The notes: generated by a model not told the origin, from the sequence alone. A stretch of 25,467 nt of DNA from Bdellovibrionota bacterium (GCA_044356455.1 JBIKWF010000060.1:1-25467), one strand, 5' to 3'. Shown: positions 17,752 through 25,467, counted from the first letter of the stretch. Program-made: numbers and translations.

Positions 17752-18024
17752 ATGAGACAGGATAGTTCTAAATCCGGAGTGCGCTGGAACAAAGAGCGCG
17801 GCAGTGGGGCAGGTGGTATCGCCGTATTCCTTCTTACCATTTCATTACTATGGTCAGCCTTCTTTTGGGTGAGTGACTGGATTTATAACACCAAGGAAGC
17901 CAAAGTGCAGGCGCACTGGGAAGCCTATCTCAACCGAAATCGTAGTGGCATAAATCTTATCGACCGTGGCCCAGGCGAATACGAGGTCAATTGCCGGCCT
18001 GGATTCTCGAAGGAGTGCTCGTAA
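17752..18024 (+). CDS. Small single-TM protein, possibly Tad/Flp pseudopilin-like
   Basis: From ATG 17752 (AAGGT upstream): charged leader ending KERG, hydrophobic helix GIAVFLLTISLLWSAFFWV, C-terminal Cys pair; lacks the usual Glu at +5. Confidence 0.55.
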   Translation: MRQDSSKSGVRWNKERGSGAGGIAVFLLTISLLWSAFFWVSDWIYNTKEAKVQAHWEAYLNRNRSGINLIDRGPGEYEVNCRPGFSKECS

Positions 18025-20587
18025 CTATCTCGGTCAAGTTGGGGTCGCTCAGATCAAAAGGGATTTTCCCCCCGTCGAAACCCGAATCATCTGATACCTT
18101 TTCAATCGATTGGATTGTCTCCAAATAATCTTTTGGTCCGCTGACGGCGGGAGCTTGGAAAGGCGCTGGCGCTTGTTCTTGCTGAATCTCCTGCTTCTTT
18201 TTGCCCCTGCTTCGGGGTGCTCTTACAGAGGATAGTTTTGTCTTCTCTTCAAGACTCGCGTCGGGCAAATCATCGGATGAGAACCTGCGCTTGTGCTTTT
18301 TTCGCGTCTTAAGGCTCGAGGCTCGTGCAAGGACCCAGTCAGCCTCAATAAGTGCCGCCTGTTGAAGCTCTGAGGCTGAAATGCCGAGAGCGTGAAGCTC
18401 TTCCAAAAGTTGAAGTATAAACGCAGAGAGTTTTCTCGAGTCATCTCGGCGCCCCACGCTGAGAAGCGCTCTCCGAAGCAGTGCTAACCTTGTAAGCGAC
18501 GACAAAAGAGCGCTTTGGTAAGCTTCGCGTGACACTGAAGTTTCGTTTCGAAGGCGATCAAGTGCGCGCATACTTCGCGCCACTCGAAGAGAAAGAAGTT
18601 CCACCAGTCGCTCGCGCCCAGGCCGCGGAAGAATTCCGAGGGCTTTATCGAAGAGCATTTCAGCTGGGTATTTAAGGGCAAAGCGTAAGCGCCGAATCTC
18701 TTGGAGAGGGGGGATGAGCTCGGGGTGGTGAGAGAGCGCCTGAGGGCTTCGCAAGGTCTTCTGCAGGAGGGAAAGTAGGCCATCCATCGGAAGGGACTTG
18801 CCAGGAAAAATGGATCGCAGCCGCTCGGCAAGAGATGCGCGTATATCTTCAAGTTGGCGCAGGCCATTCTTCAGTCGCAAAAGAATATTTGCTGATAGCT
18901 CTCCAAGTGCTGACTTTCTTAGATCTGCCGAAGTTGAGAGCGCCGCTTCGCGGAAGCCACGCAGAGAATTTCGGATAAGAGCAATTTCGCCTCTCAAAGC
19001 GAGGGCACGGCTGGCGCTGGCCTCTGTCAGGGTTCTTCTGAGGGAAAGGGAGAGATTGAGCCGGGAAGCCCTTGCAACTTCGCCAGCTGCGTTGCTCCTC
19101 AAGGTAAGAGATGAAATGCGGGAGGTATAGGAGTTTGAAGGGGAAAGAGTTCGCCCTGGGTTCTGGGTCCCCACTATTTGGTTCACTGCCAAAAAGAGAG
19201 TCTCTCCAGGCAGGCGCGGGGACGCGCGCGGCAGATCGGCTTGGGGAGTACGTATAGAAATAGAGGCTGAATTTTCTGGGCCTTTTCTTGGGTCTCCTAG
19301 AGCTGGCGATAATTCTAATCGAGATGAAGACTTAACCTGTGAGTTATCTGTTCGAGAGGAATCTGGGGTAACCTGAAGTCGGTATAGGGATCGTTCTTCC
19401 GACTTTGCTTCTTTGGTCCGGGAGGTTTCGGCGGCGATCTCAATTCGGGCAGGCGAGATAGCACGCGTTGCCCCGGCTGTTTCGGCCGACTTTTTTTCTG
19501 ATTCTCCAAGACTTGGAGTTGCGGCAGCAGCAGCCGCATTCTTGCGCTCAAGGGAAGCACTCGCTTCTATGGAAGTGTTTCCTCCCCCAGGGGCTGCGGG
19601 GATAGAAGCTACTCCCAAACCTCTTTGGGCTAGCGGGTGAGATAAGTCCTCACGCAATATTGCTAAAGGCGAGGCGGCGAGTGGTTTCTCCGCGGTGACA
19701 ATTACTTCGCGGTCTTTCTGCAATTCTGCCACTCGAGAAGAAACTGCTAAGGCAGAAACTCTATCGCTTGTCGTGAAACTATCGAGTCCTCCTTGTGAGA
19801 CGATTGCCTCTCGAAGAGCCACGGCAAGTCCAAGCCGCCCTGGCGATACCTCGCTCCAATTTGCTTGCTCAAACCTGCCCTCAGAGTCTTGAGTAACGCT
19901 TATGCGCACCGATTTAACGAGATCTGATGACTCCTTGGAAAAGGCCTCAGTAAGATCGTTAATATAGGTATCAATGCCGCGCTTTTTGATTTCTTCGAGC
20001 GCTAGCTTGGTTTCCTCGAGAACTTTAGCCCTTAGCTCTGCTTCTGACTTAACCTCGCCATCGGTGACGGCTTCAATGGCACGGTCGATATGCTCTGCGG
20101 TAACCAGTCTCGTAGCAACTTGTCCCTCGGGAGGAATCTTCCCAAGTATCTTTTCAATCTGCTCCATTTGATGGCGTGCGGTAGGCCCCTCTTTATCAAG
20201 ATAGAGTACGTGAGCTACGACTTCGTTGGTGAGGGGATTGGGGATGAGCAGATTCACTGTTATCTGATTAGACCCATGCTCTTCGCCCAAATACATAGCG
20301 GTTTGCCCCTGGCGAGCGAGTTCGGCTGCCTTTAGTGCTGCGTCTCGAGTAAGTTCCGGTAGCGCAATCTGGCCGGTGTGCATCTGCTTCCAGCTAAAGG
20401 TGTCGCAAACCAAGTCGTTCTCGGTGCGGGTATAGGTGACCACTCCCGCCCTGATTCGAAGAAGCCCCTCAATTTTGAAGTGCGCCATGCTTGAAGCAAA
20501 ATACTGAGACGCAACTTCAGTCCCAAACTCACGTTCGAGGCGCTTAAAGGTATCGCGCTCCAGGTTGAGGTCGCACGAGCAGGACAT
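17987..20587 (-). CDS. Large hypothetical protein (866 aa)
   Basis: 2.6-kb uninterrupted ORF; globular N-terminal part, Ser/Ala/Pro-rich linker, Leu/Arg-rich helical region, charged tail; no family recognised. Confidence 0.8.
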   Translation of the reverse strand: MSCSCDLNLERDTFKRLEREFGTEVASQYFASSMAHFKIEGLLRIRAGVVTYTRTENDLVCDTFSWKQMHTGQIALPELTRDAALKAAELARQGQTAMYLGEEHGSNQITVNLLIPNPLTNEVVAHVLYLDKEGPTARHQMEQIEKILGKIPPEGQVATRLVTAEHIDRAIEAVTDGEVKSEAELRAKVLEETKLALEEIKKRGIDTYINDLTEAFSKESSDLVKSVRISVTQDSEGRFEQANWSEVSPGRLGLAVALREAIVSQGGLDSFTTSDRVSALAVSSRVAELQKDREVIVTAEKPLAASPLAILREDLSHPLAQRGLGVASIPAAPGGGNTSIEASASLERKNAAAAAATPSLGESEKKSAETAGATRAISPARIEIAAETSRTKEAKSEERSLYRLQVTPDSSRTDNSQVKSSSRLELSPALGDPRKGPENSASISIRTPQADLPRASPRLPGETLFLAVNQIVGTQNPGRTLSPSNSYTSRISSLTLRSNAAGEVARASRLNLSLSLRRTLTEASASRALALRGEIALIRNSLRGFREAALSTSADLRKSALGELSANILLRLKNGLRQLEDIRASLAERLRSIFPGKSLPMDGLLSLLQKTLRSPQALSHHPELIPPLQEIRRLRFALKYPAEMLFDKALGILPRPGRERLVELLSLRVARSMRALDRLRNETSVSREAYQSALLSSLTRLALLRRALLSVGRRDDSRKLSAFILQLLEELHALGISASELQQAALIEADWVLARASSLKTRKKHKRRFSSDDLPDASLEEKTKLSSVRAPRSRGKKKQEIQQEQAPAPFQAPAVSGPKDYLETIQSIEKVSDDSGFDGGKIPFDLSDPNLTEIVTSTPSRIQAGN

Positions 20588-20767
20588 GGCTCTTGAATTC
20601 CATCTTCGAGCGAGGCGCCAACATTCCGAGACTAAAAGAAGCCAAGGAGAAAAAGCGCCGCAGGCGAAGCTATTGTTTAAACATTACGCTCACCTTGACC
20701 CAATCCACGAGGTCCTATGCAAAGCTAATGACGCAGAAGCGCCAAGCTTTGAGGCGAGCAAAATTCG

Positions 20768-20965
20768 ACGTGAGTAGGTCTTCTGGCTAACGGCTTAGAG
20801 CACCTCATCTACCTTCCCGCGAGTCCTGCATGAGAATCGCTTCTCTTGGGACCGACCCTTTAATAGTGGGTCTTAAGCAGTGGTAGTAGTGATGAGATTA
20901 TCCGATTACAGCGGCGGGACCGCGGCAGATTTGCACTGCCTTCCCTTGAGCTCACCTCGCGTGGA
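20768..20965 (-). promoter_or_regulatory. Cobalamin (AdoCbl-type) riboswitch
   Basis: Minus strand shows the conserved elements in order: GGTG..AAGGGAA-GGCAGTGCAAATCTGCC-GCGGTCCCGCCGCTGTAA ... ACCACTG ... GGGAAGG ... AGCCAGAAGACCTAC (B12 box). Confidence 0.92.
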
Positions 20966-21022
20966 GAGGCTAGCATTTCAGTGCGGGGGGTTCAAATGCT
21001 CTTATAGCGGTAGGCCCTTTAG

Positions 21023-21151
21023 GGAACCTCTGAAAAACTTCGATTCTTACTACACCTCTGTGTACCTCTGCGTCCTCTGTGGTGAATTCCTTGATGAAAA
21101 TTTCACCGCAAAGGACGCAGAGGACGCAGAGGTAAGTTTTTCAGAGGTTCC
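21023..21151. mobile_element. 129-bp MITE-like element (family A), second copy
   Basis: 18-bp perfect terminal IR GGAACCTCTGAAAAACTT; inner inward-facing 9-mer triplets at 21056-21083 and 21105-21131. Confidence 0.82.
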
Positions 21152-21213
21152 TTAGATTGAGTAACCCCTTCAATTAAGGGGCATGCTCGCTGCTTACCGC
21201 GAGAGGCGGCTTC

Positions 21214-21330
21214 CTAGGAGTCTGTCCCGTAGAAAACTTCTACCACTCCATGTTGTGGTGGTAGCGGGACAGCCCACCTACGGATTGTGTCCAAAATGAG
21301 GATTCATGTTTTTACGGGACACACTCCTAG
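21214..21330. mobile_element. MITE family B copy inserted in the 3' end of lgt
   Basis: CTAGGAGTCTGTCCCGTAGAAAAC ... GTTTTTACGGGACACACTCCTAG, 117 bp, CTAG at both ends. Confidence 0.9.
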
Positions 21331-22330
21331 TCCATCGATAGAGGCAGCTTGCTCCTACGATGAACATGCCAAAACTTAGCCACTGCCCTCGAGTCAATCC
21401 CAGCGCATCGAAGCCAATAATGGCATCTGGCATTCTAAATTGCTCGCCCACTATTCGAACGAGGGGGTACAGGGTGAGGAAGACCCCCGCAATGACTCCA
21501 GATTTAAGATTTTTGCGCCAGAGCCAGGCGGCAACGAGGCCAAGGAATAGTCCCTCAAGCAGGCATTGATATAACTGCGAGGGGTGGCGAGGGGTGAGCA
21601 GGGGAGCCAGCGCCTCGGCCACGGCCTGATTGCCCTTCTGAAGCTCCGCTACAATTTGTTCAAGAGAGCGGTACACAGCCCCACTAAAAGGACGAGAAGA
21701 TGCGAGCATTTCCCAGCGTTCTTGGCTTTCGCCAAGGTGGGTTACCACTGGGCCAAGAGTTGCCACACGCTCCGGCGCCTCTGAGGGCCAGGAAAGAATG
21801 TCTTGGGGGAACCTTACTGCCCAGGAAAGGGAAGGATCGCAGGGGCGCCCTACAAGTTCCCCATTGATGAAATTAGCGATGCGACCAAAGAAGATTCCAA
21901 TGCAGCCACCGGTGACCGTGAGATCCATGAGGTGCAGGGGGGATACTTTGTGAGCTCGGGCAAAGAGCAGGCAGGCAACTACAACGCCAATCATTCCTCC
22001 ATGACTTGCCATGCCCCCATGATGAATCATGAGCACGCCCCAAAATGGGAAATCGTTCGTGAAACGGAACAAAAGAGACTGGTCGTAGAGAAAGCAGTAT
22101 CCAAGTCTCCCGCCCACTACTGTTCCAAGGGCTGCATAAAAGATGAAATCGCTCACCAATAGGGGAGTCAGAGGTGAGGCCCCGCGTTTTGAAAGGCGCG
22201 CGGCAAACCAGTAGGTTGCAAGAAAGCCCGCAAGGTAGGCGAGCCCATACCACCTAATCCCAAAACTCTGGGTGAGGTGCAGTGCAAAGGGGTCAAAGGT
22301 GTTTAGCCAACCGGCGGCAGTGTGTGTCAC
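21278..22330 (-). CDS. lgt: Prolipoprotein diacylglyceryl transferase
   Basis: IRWYGLAY, GGRLGY, GGMASHGG, GRIANFINGEL.GR, RHPSQLY, E.FR.PD, LTRGQWLS. Confidence 0.97.
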   Translation of the reverse strand: MTHTAAGWLNTFDPFALHLTQSFGIRWYGLAYLAGFLATYWFAARLSKRGASPLTPLLVSDFIFYAALGTVVGGRLGYCFLYDQSLLFRFTNDFPFWGVLMIHHGGMASHGGMIGVVVACLLFARAHKVSPLHLMDLTVTGGCIGIFFGRIANFINGELVGRPCDPSLSWAVRFPQDILSWPSEAPERVATLGPVVTHLGESQERWEMLASSRPFSGAVYRSLEQIVAELQKGNQAVAEALAPLLTPRHPSQLYQCLLEGLFLGLVAAWLWRKNLKSGVIAGVFLTLYPLVRIVGEQFRMPDAIIGFDALGLTRGQWLSFGMFIVGASCLYRWTRSVSRKNMNPHFGHNP

Positions 22331-22471
22331 ACTGCTCAGCTAGCAGAGGTTTAGAAATGGTGCAATCGCTGCTGCGGAGCTTTATCAGAGGCCACTCGAC
22401 TTCAAGGGCTTGGATTTCTCCATCCAGGGCACGAAACTTTCTCTCAGGAATCACGATAAAAGCCCCTATGA

Positions 22472-23185
22472 GTGAATCGAAGGGAGCTTTGTAAAAGGGT
22501 GAACGGATTCCTTACGCCTTGGTCCGAGAAGGTCCCTGAGATCATCGTTGATACTCGCGAGAAGGCCAGCGGAGTTATTGAACTCCTGGAGCAGCTCGAA
22601 ACCTTCGAGATTAAAGTTGAGCAGCTCGAGGTGGGCGACTATGTTGTTGCAGACCTTTGTATAGAGCGGAAGACCGGCTCTGATTTTGAACGTTCACTTG
22701 AGGAGGGGCGACTCTTTAAGCAGCTTCTTATGCTGAGACGTTCATGCCGTAGAAGAGCGCTCATCCTTGAGGGGGCTCTTCCTGGTAGAATTCCTAAACG
22801 AGGAGCCGAGGGAGCCATCGCGCGAATAGCAGCCGGGCTACAAATTCCAATTCTCTATACCAAGAATGTTTCCGATACTGTTATGACTTTACAGCGATTG
22901 GCTCTTCAGCTGTATGGATTCACGACAAGTTCATTTCATTCCCCGGCACGGGGCGTTCGCACTGATTTCGCATTTCATCAAATGTATGTGCTGGCAGGGA
23001 TTCCAGGGATCGGGCTTCGCAGGGCTCAGATACTCATTGAATCATTTGGCTCATTGCGGAAGGTGATGAACGCATCGCGTGAAGAGTTACTCAAAGTGGC
23101 AGGCATTGGACCAGTACAGGCGGAGACCATCGAGAAACTTTCGCTCTTTGATAGAAAGCGAATGGATTTTGAGCGCGGCACCTAG
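22472..23185 (+). CDS. ERCC4-domain nuclease with tandem HhH motifs (XPF/Hef nuclease-like)
   Basis: IIVDTRE, GDY, IERKT..DF..SL..GRLF.QL, LILEG; HhH motifs IPGIG and VAGIG. Confidence 0.9.
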   Translation: MNRRELCKRVNGFLTPWSEKVPEIIVDTREKASGVIELLEQLETFEIKVEQLEVGDYVVADLCIERKTGSDFERSLEEGRLFKQLLMLRRSCRRRALILEGALPGRIPKRGAEGAIARIAAGLQIPILYTKNVSDTVMTLQRLALQLYGFTTSSFHSPARGVRTDFAFHQMYVLAGIPGIGLRRAQILIESFGSLRKVMNASREELLKVAGIGPVQAETIEKLSLFDRKRMDFERGT

Positions 23186-23201
23186 GAGCGTGTCCCGTAA
23201 A
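23182..23201. mobile_element. Isolated family-B terminal repeat
   Basis: CTAGGAGCGTGTCCCGTAAA overlapping the ERCC4-gene TAG; no partner end found. Confidence 0.65.
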
Positions 23202-23331
23202 GCGCTCCGAAGCCATACTTTAATGTGTTATTTATTAACATTGGTGATGTTTTTAGCCTATCTATTTTCATTGCTTATGTTACTATTTAGTGGCAAATAA
23301 GAGCGTCTGCTAATAATATCAGGCCGTTACC

Positions 23332-24669
23332 GTGCTACGCCGCACAGCTCTTACATCACTCGAGTCATGGGCACGTTCAGCAAGACGTAAGCCTCTCGTG
23401 CTGCTCGGCGCAAGACAGGTTGGGAAAACCTTTCTGCTCAAACATTTCGGCAAAAAGAACTTTAGCACCGCCCACTATTTCAACTTCGAGGAACGCTCTG
23501 ACCTCGCAAAGCTCTTCGAGCAAGACCTCACACCTCAGCGAATTGTACAGGAGCTGGAGATCAAATTCGATTGCGTAGTTAAACCTGGAACCGACCTGCT
23601 CATATTTGATGAAATTCAAGAATGCCCGCGAGCACTAACGAGCCTCAAATATTTTTCAGAAAAATTTCCAGAACTCGCGGTTTGCGCCGCGGGCTCACTT
23701 TTAGGTCTAGAGCTTAATTCGTCGTCATTCCCTGTGGGAAACGTTCATCTGCTCGACTTACATCCGATGTCGTTTGCCGAGTTCGTCGAAGCCTTGGGCG
23801 GCTCTCGGCTCATGGGCGCTTTTATGTCCCAAATCAATCCCGAGGAGTTTTCTGATGCTGCTCACAGCGAACTTTGGAGATTGTTGAAACTTTACTTTAT
23901 CTGTGGCGGGCTGCCCTCGAATGTAAATTTGCTAGTCGAGCAGTCGGCGACGCATGTTGAGTTACTTTCTCTACTTCGGTCACAGCAGCAGCAACTCGTG
24001 AGAAACTACCTCGCAGACATGGCCAAACACTGCGGAAAGGTAAATGCCATGCATCTCGAGCGAGTATTTCGGGCGATTCCAACGCAGTTAGCACAGGTGC
24101 AGGATGCTTCAACGCAGCGCTTTAAGTTCTCAGGGGTCGTTCCAGGCATCTCCCAATATACTCGCTTGGTCTCAGCCTTTGATTGGTTATCAAAGGCCGG
24201 TTTGGCGATGAAGGTTCCGGTAATCGAGAAGCCTCTCGTGCCGCTTCTCGCGCAGGTTAAAGAAAGTCGCATGAAGGTATTTCCACTTGATATTGGGCTC
24301 CTTGGATCGATGGCGGGGATAGAGCCAAGTCTAATTAATAGCTTTGAATTTGGTACCTACAAGGGATTCTTTGCTGAATGCTTTGTGGCTCAGGAGCTGC
24401 GCGCGGCGGGAACTGAGATGCTTTATTCGTGGCAAGAAGGGCAAGCAGAGGTTGAATTCGTTGTTGAGTATGGAGGCAGCGCAATACCACTCGAGGTGAA
24501 GTCGGGTAAAAATACTCGCTCACGGTCACTCCAATCCTACGTTAAACGCTATGCACCACCAAGTAGCTTCATATTGAGTGCCAAGCCACTCACCAAGGCG
24601 CGCTCAGCAGGAACTCCGCACATGTTGCCACTTTACTTAGCGGCTCGCTGGCGCGAACTTGCCGAGTAG
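23332..24669 (+). CDS. AAA+ ATPase with DUF4143 domain (AAA_14 + DUF4143)
   Basis: Walker A GARQVGKT, Walker B LLIFDEIQ, AAGSLLG, FPVG.V, PMSFAEF, GGLP, DIGLL, EVEF..IPLEVKSG, LPLY. Confidence 0.93.
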   Translation: MLRRTALTSLESWARSARRKPLVLLGARQVGKTFLLKHFGKKNFSTAHYFNFEERSDLAKLFEQDLTPQRIVQELEIKFDCVVKPGTDLLIFDEIQECPRALTSLKYFSEKFPELAVCAAGSLLGLELNSSSFPVGNVHLLDLHPMSFAEFVEALGGSRLMGAFMSQINPEEFSDAAHSELWRLLKLYFICGGLPSNVNLLVEQSATHVELLSLLRSQQQQLVRNYLADMAKHCGKVNAMHLERVFRAIPTQLAQVQDASTQRFKFSGVVPGISQYTRLVSAFDWLSKAGLAMKVPVIEKPLVPLLAQVKESRMKVFPLDIGLLGSMAGIEPSLINSFEFGTYKGFFAECFVAQELRAAGTEMLYSWQEGQAEVEFVVEYGGSAIPLEVKSGKNTRSRSLQSYVKRYAPPSSFILSAKPLTKARSAGTPHMLPLYLAARWRELAE

Positions 24670-25005
24670 TAAAGCGGCATCCAAGGAACCTGCGGAGCGT
24701 CCGCTCACGGAATTTCCAGGGGCTCTTTATCCTTCCGCCGCCAGAACGCGCGCCTTTTTGACTACCATCACATGAGTGTGAAGTTCGCCGATAAGAGCTT
24801 CAAGCTCGTGAGTAGTGCCCTGAGTGGCGTGGGGAAGGGCAAGCTCTGCAAGATTGTGAACTACCACGGGTTACAGCTCTGAAGATAATGTCTTCCAAGC
24901 GCTTTGGCTCTTCTGCGCAGGGGGTTCTGGACTTGTGATATGAGACTGCAAGTGGTCATGTTCCATGGGCCTCGTTCAAGTACTGTAGTGGTTTGGAGAA
25001 AGAGA

Positions 25006-25467
25006 ATGAAATCCATCGCAAAATTCATTGCGTCTCTGCGCGGCCCATCCAACGTCCTTAAGAACTTCAGATTGATTGCAGTGGCGCTTCTCCTTGTTCT
25101 TGTCCCTGAAGTATCTTCCGCAGAATCGCGAAAGATTGTAGCAGTTCTGCCTCTCTCAGGGCGACTTGCGAATATCGGAAAGGATCTGCAAAACGCGATA
25201 AGTCTTCAGGAAACCAAGGGCATATCAGTGGTGTATGAAGACGATAGCTTTGACCCGAAAAATACCGTCTCTGTGGTCCAGAAATTCTTGGCGGATCGAG
25301 AAACGAAAGGATTTATCTTATTCGGGTCAGGAACCTCGCTTGCGGTTAAGCCACTTATTGAGCGCTCCGCGGTGCCTGCAATTTCAGTTGCCATGACCGA
25401 TAAAATTGTCGAGGGGAGCAATTATACCTTCCGCTATTATCCTCCCGGAAATGAACAGGCGTCGCGC
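25006..25467 (+). CDS. LivJ/LivK-type ABC transporter substrate-binding protein, partial (runs off right edge)
   Basis: Manual translation from ATG 25006 (GGAG upstream): signal peptide, then KIVAVLPLSGRLANIG, VVYEDDSFDPK, FGSGTSLAV, YTFR. Confidence 0.85.
   Translation, partial: MKSIAKFIASLRGPSNVLKNFRLIAVALLLVLVPEVSSAESRKIVAVLPLSGRLANIGKDLQNAISLQETKGISVVYEDDSFDPKNTVSVVQKFLADRETKGFILFGSGTSLAVKPLIERSAVPAISVAMTDKIVEGSNYTFRYYPPGNEQASR

Noticed and set aside
17218..17840. ORFs 17218..17592+ (CVPCVLC) and 17367..17840- (ends FGHNP like Lgt)
   Set aside because: Read-through of MITE B and a 9-mer triplet; the similarity to the Lgt tail comes from the shared MITE.
20880..21155. 91-aa ORF with LCVLCGE / TAKDAEDAE motifs
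   Set aside because: Translation of the riboswitch antisense strand and the family-A repeat; the Cys motifs are artefacts of the 9-mer.

Overview
Chromosomal window from a probably Gram-negative bacterium (lgt, biosynthetic speA, cheX; finer lineage not determinable). Recognisable genes: a reprolysin/M12B-type Zn metallopeptidase, a GxxExxY (PD-(D/E)XK-fold) protein, speA, an orphan cheX, three GT2 glycosyltransferases (two multidomain with TPR-like tails), lgt, an XPF-like ERCC4-HhH nuclease, an AAA_14/DUF4143 ATPase and a truncated LivJ-type binding protein. There are also several hypothetical proteins and a cobalamin riboswitch with no recognisable B12 gene behind it. The most striking signal is non-coding. 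At least 11 copies of a 9-bp-periodic motif (typically 3 units, e.g. ACCACAGAG-NNCACAGAG-NNCACAGAG) are scattered through the window. Two form 29-bp inverted repeats bracketing the GxxExxY gene, and others sit inside ~130-bp elements with IS-like terminal inverted repeats. This suggests a REP/RAYT-like nuclease-plus-repeat system (inference). A separate ~117-bp CTAG-flanked MITE family has 3 copies plus a lone end, and one copy has replaced the C-terminus of Lgt. No transposase, rRNA, tRNA or CRISPR array was seen.
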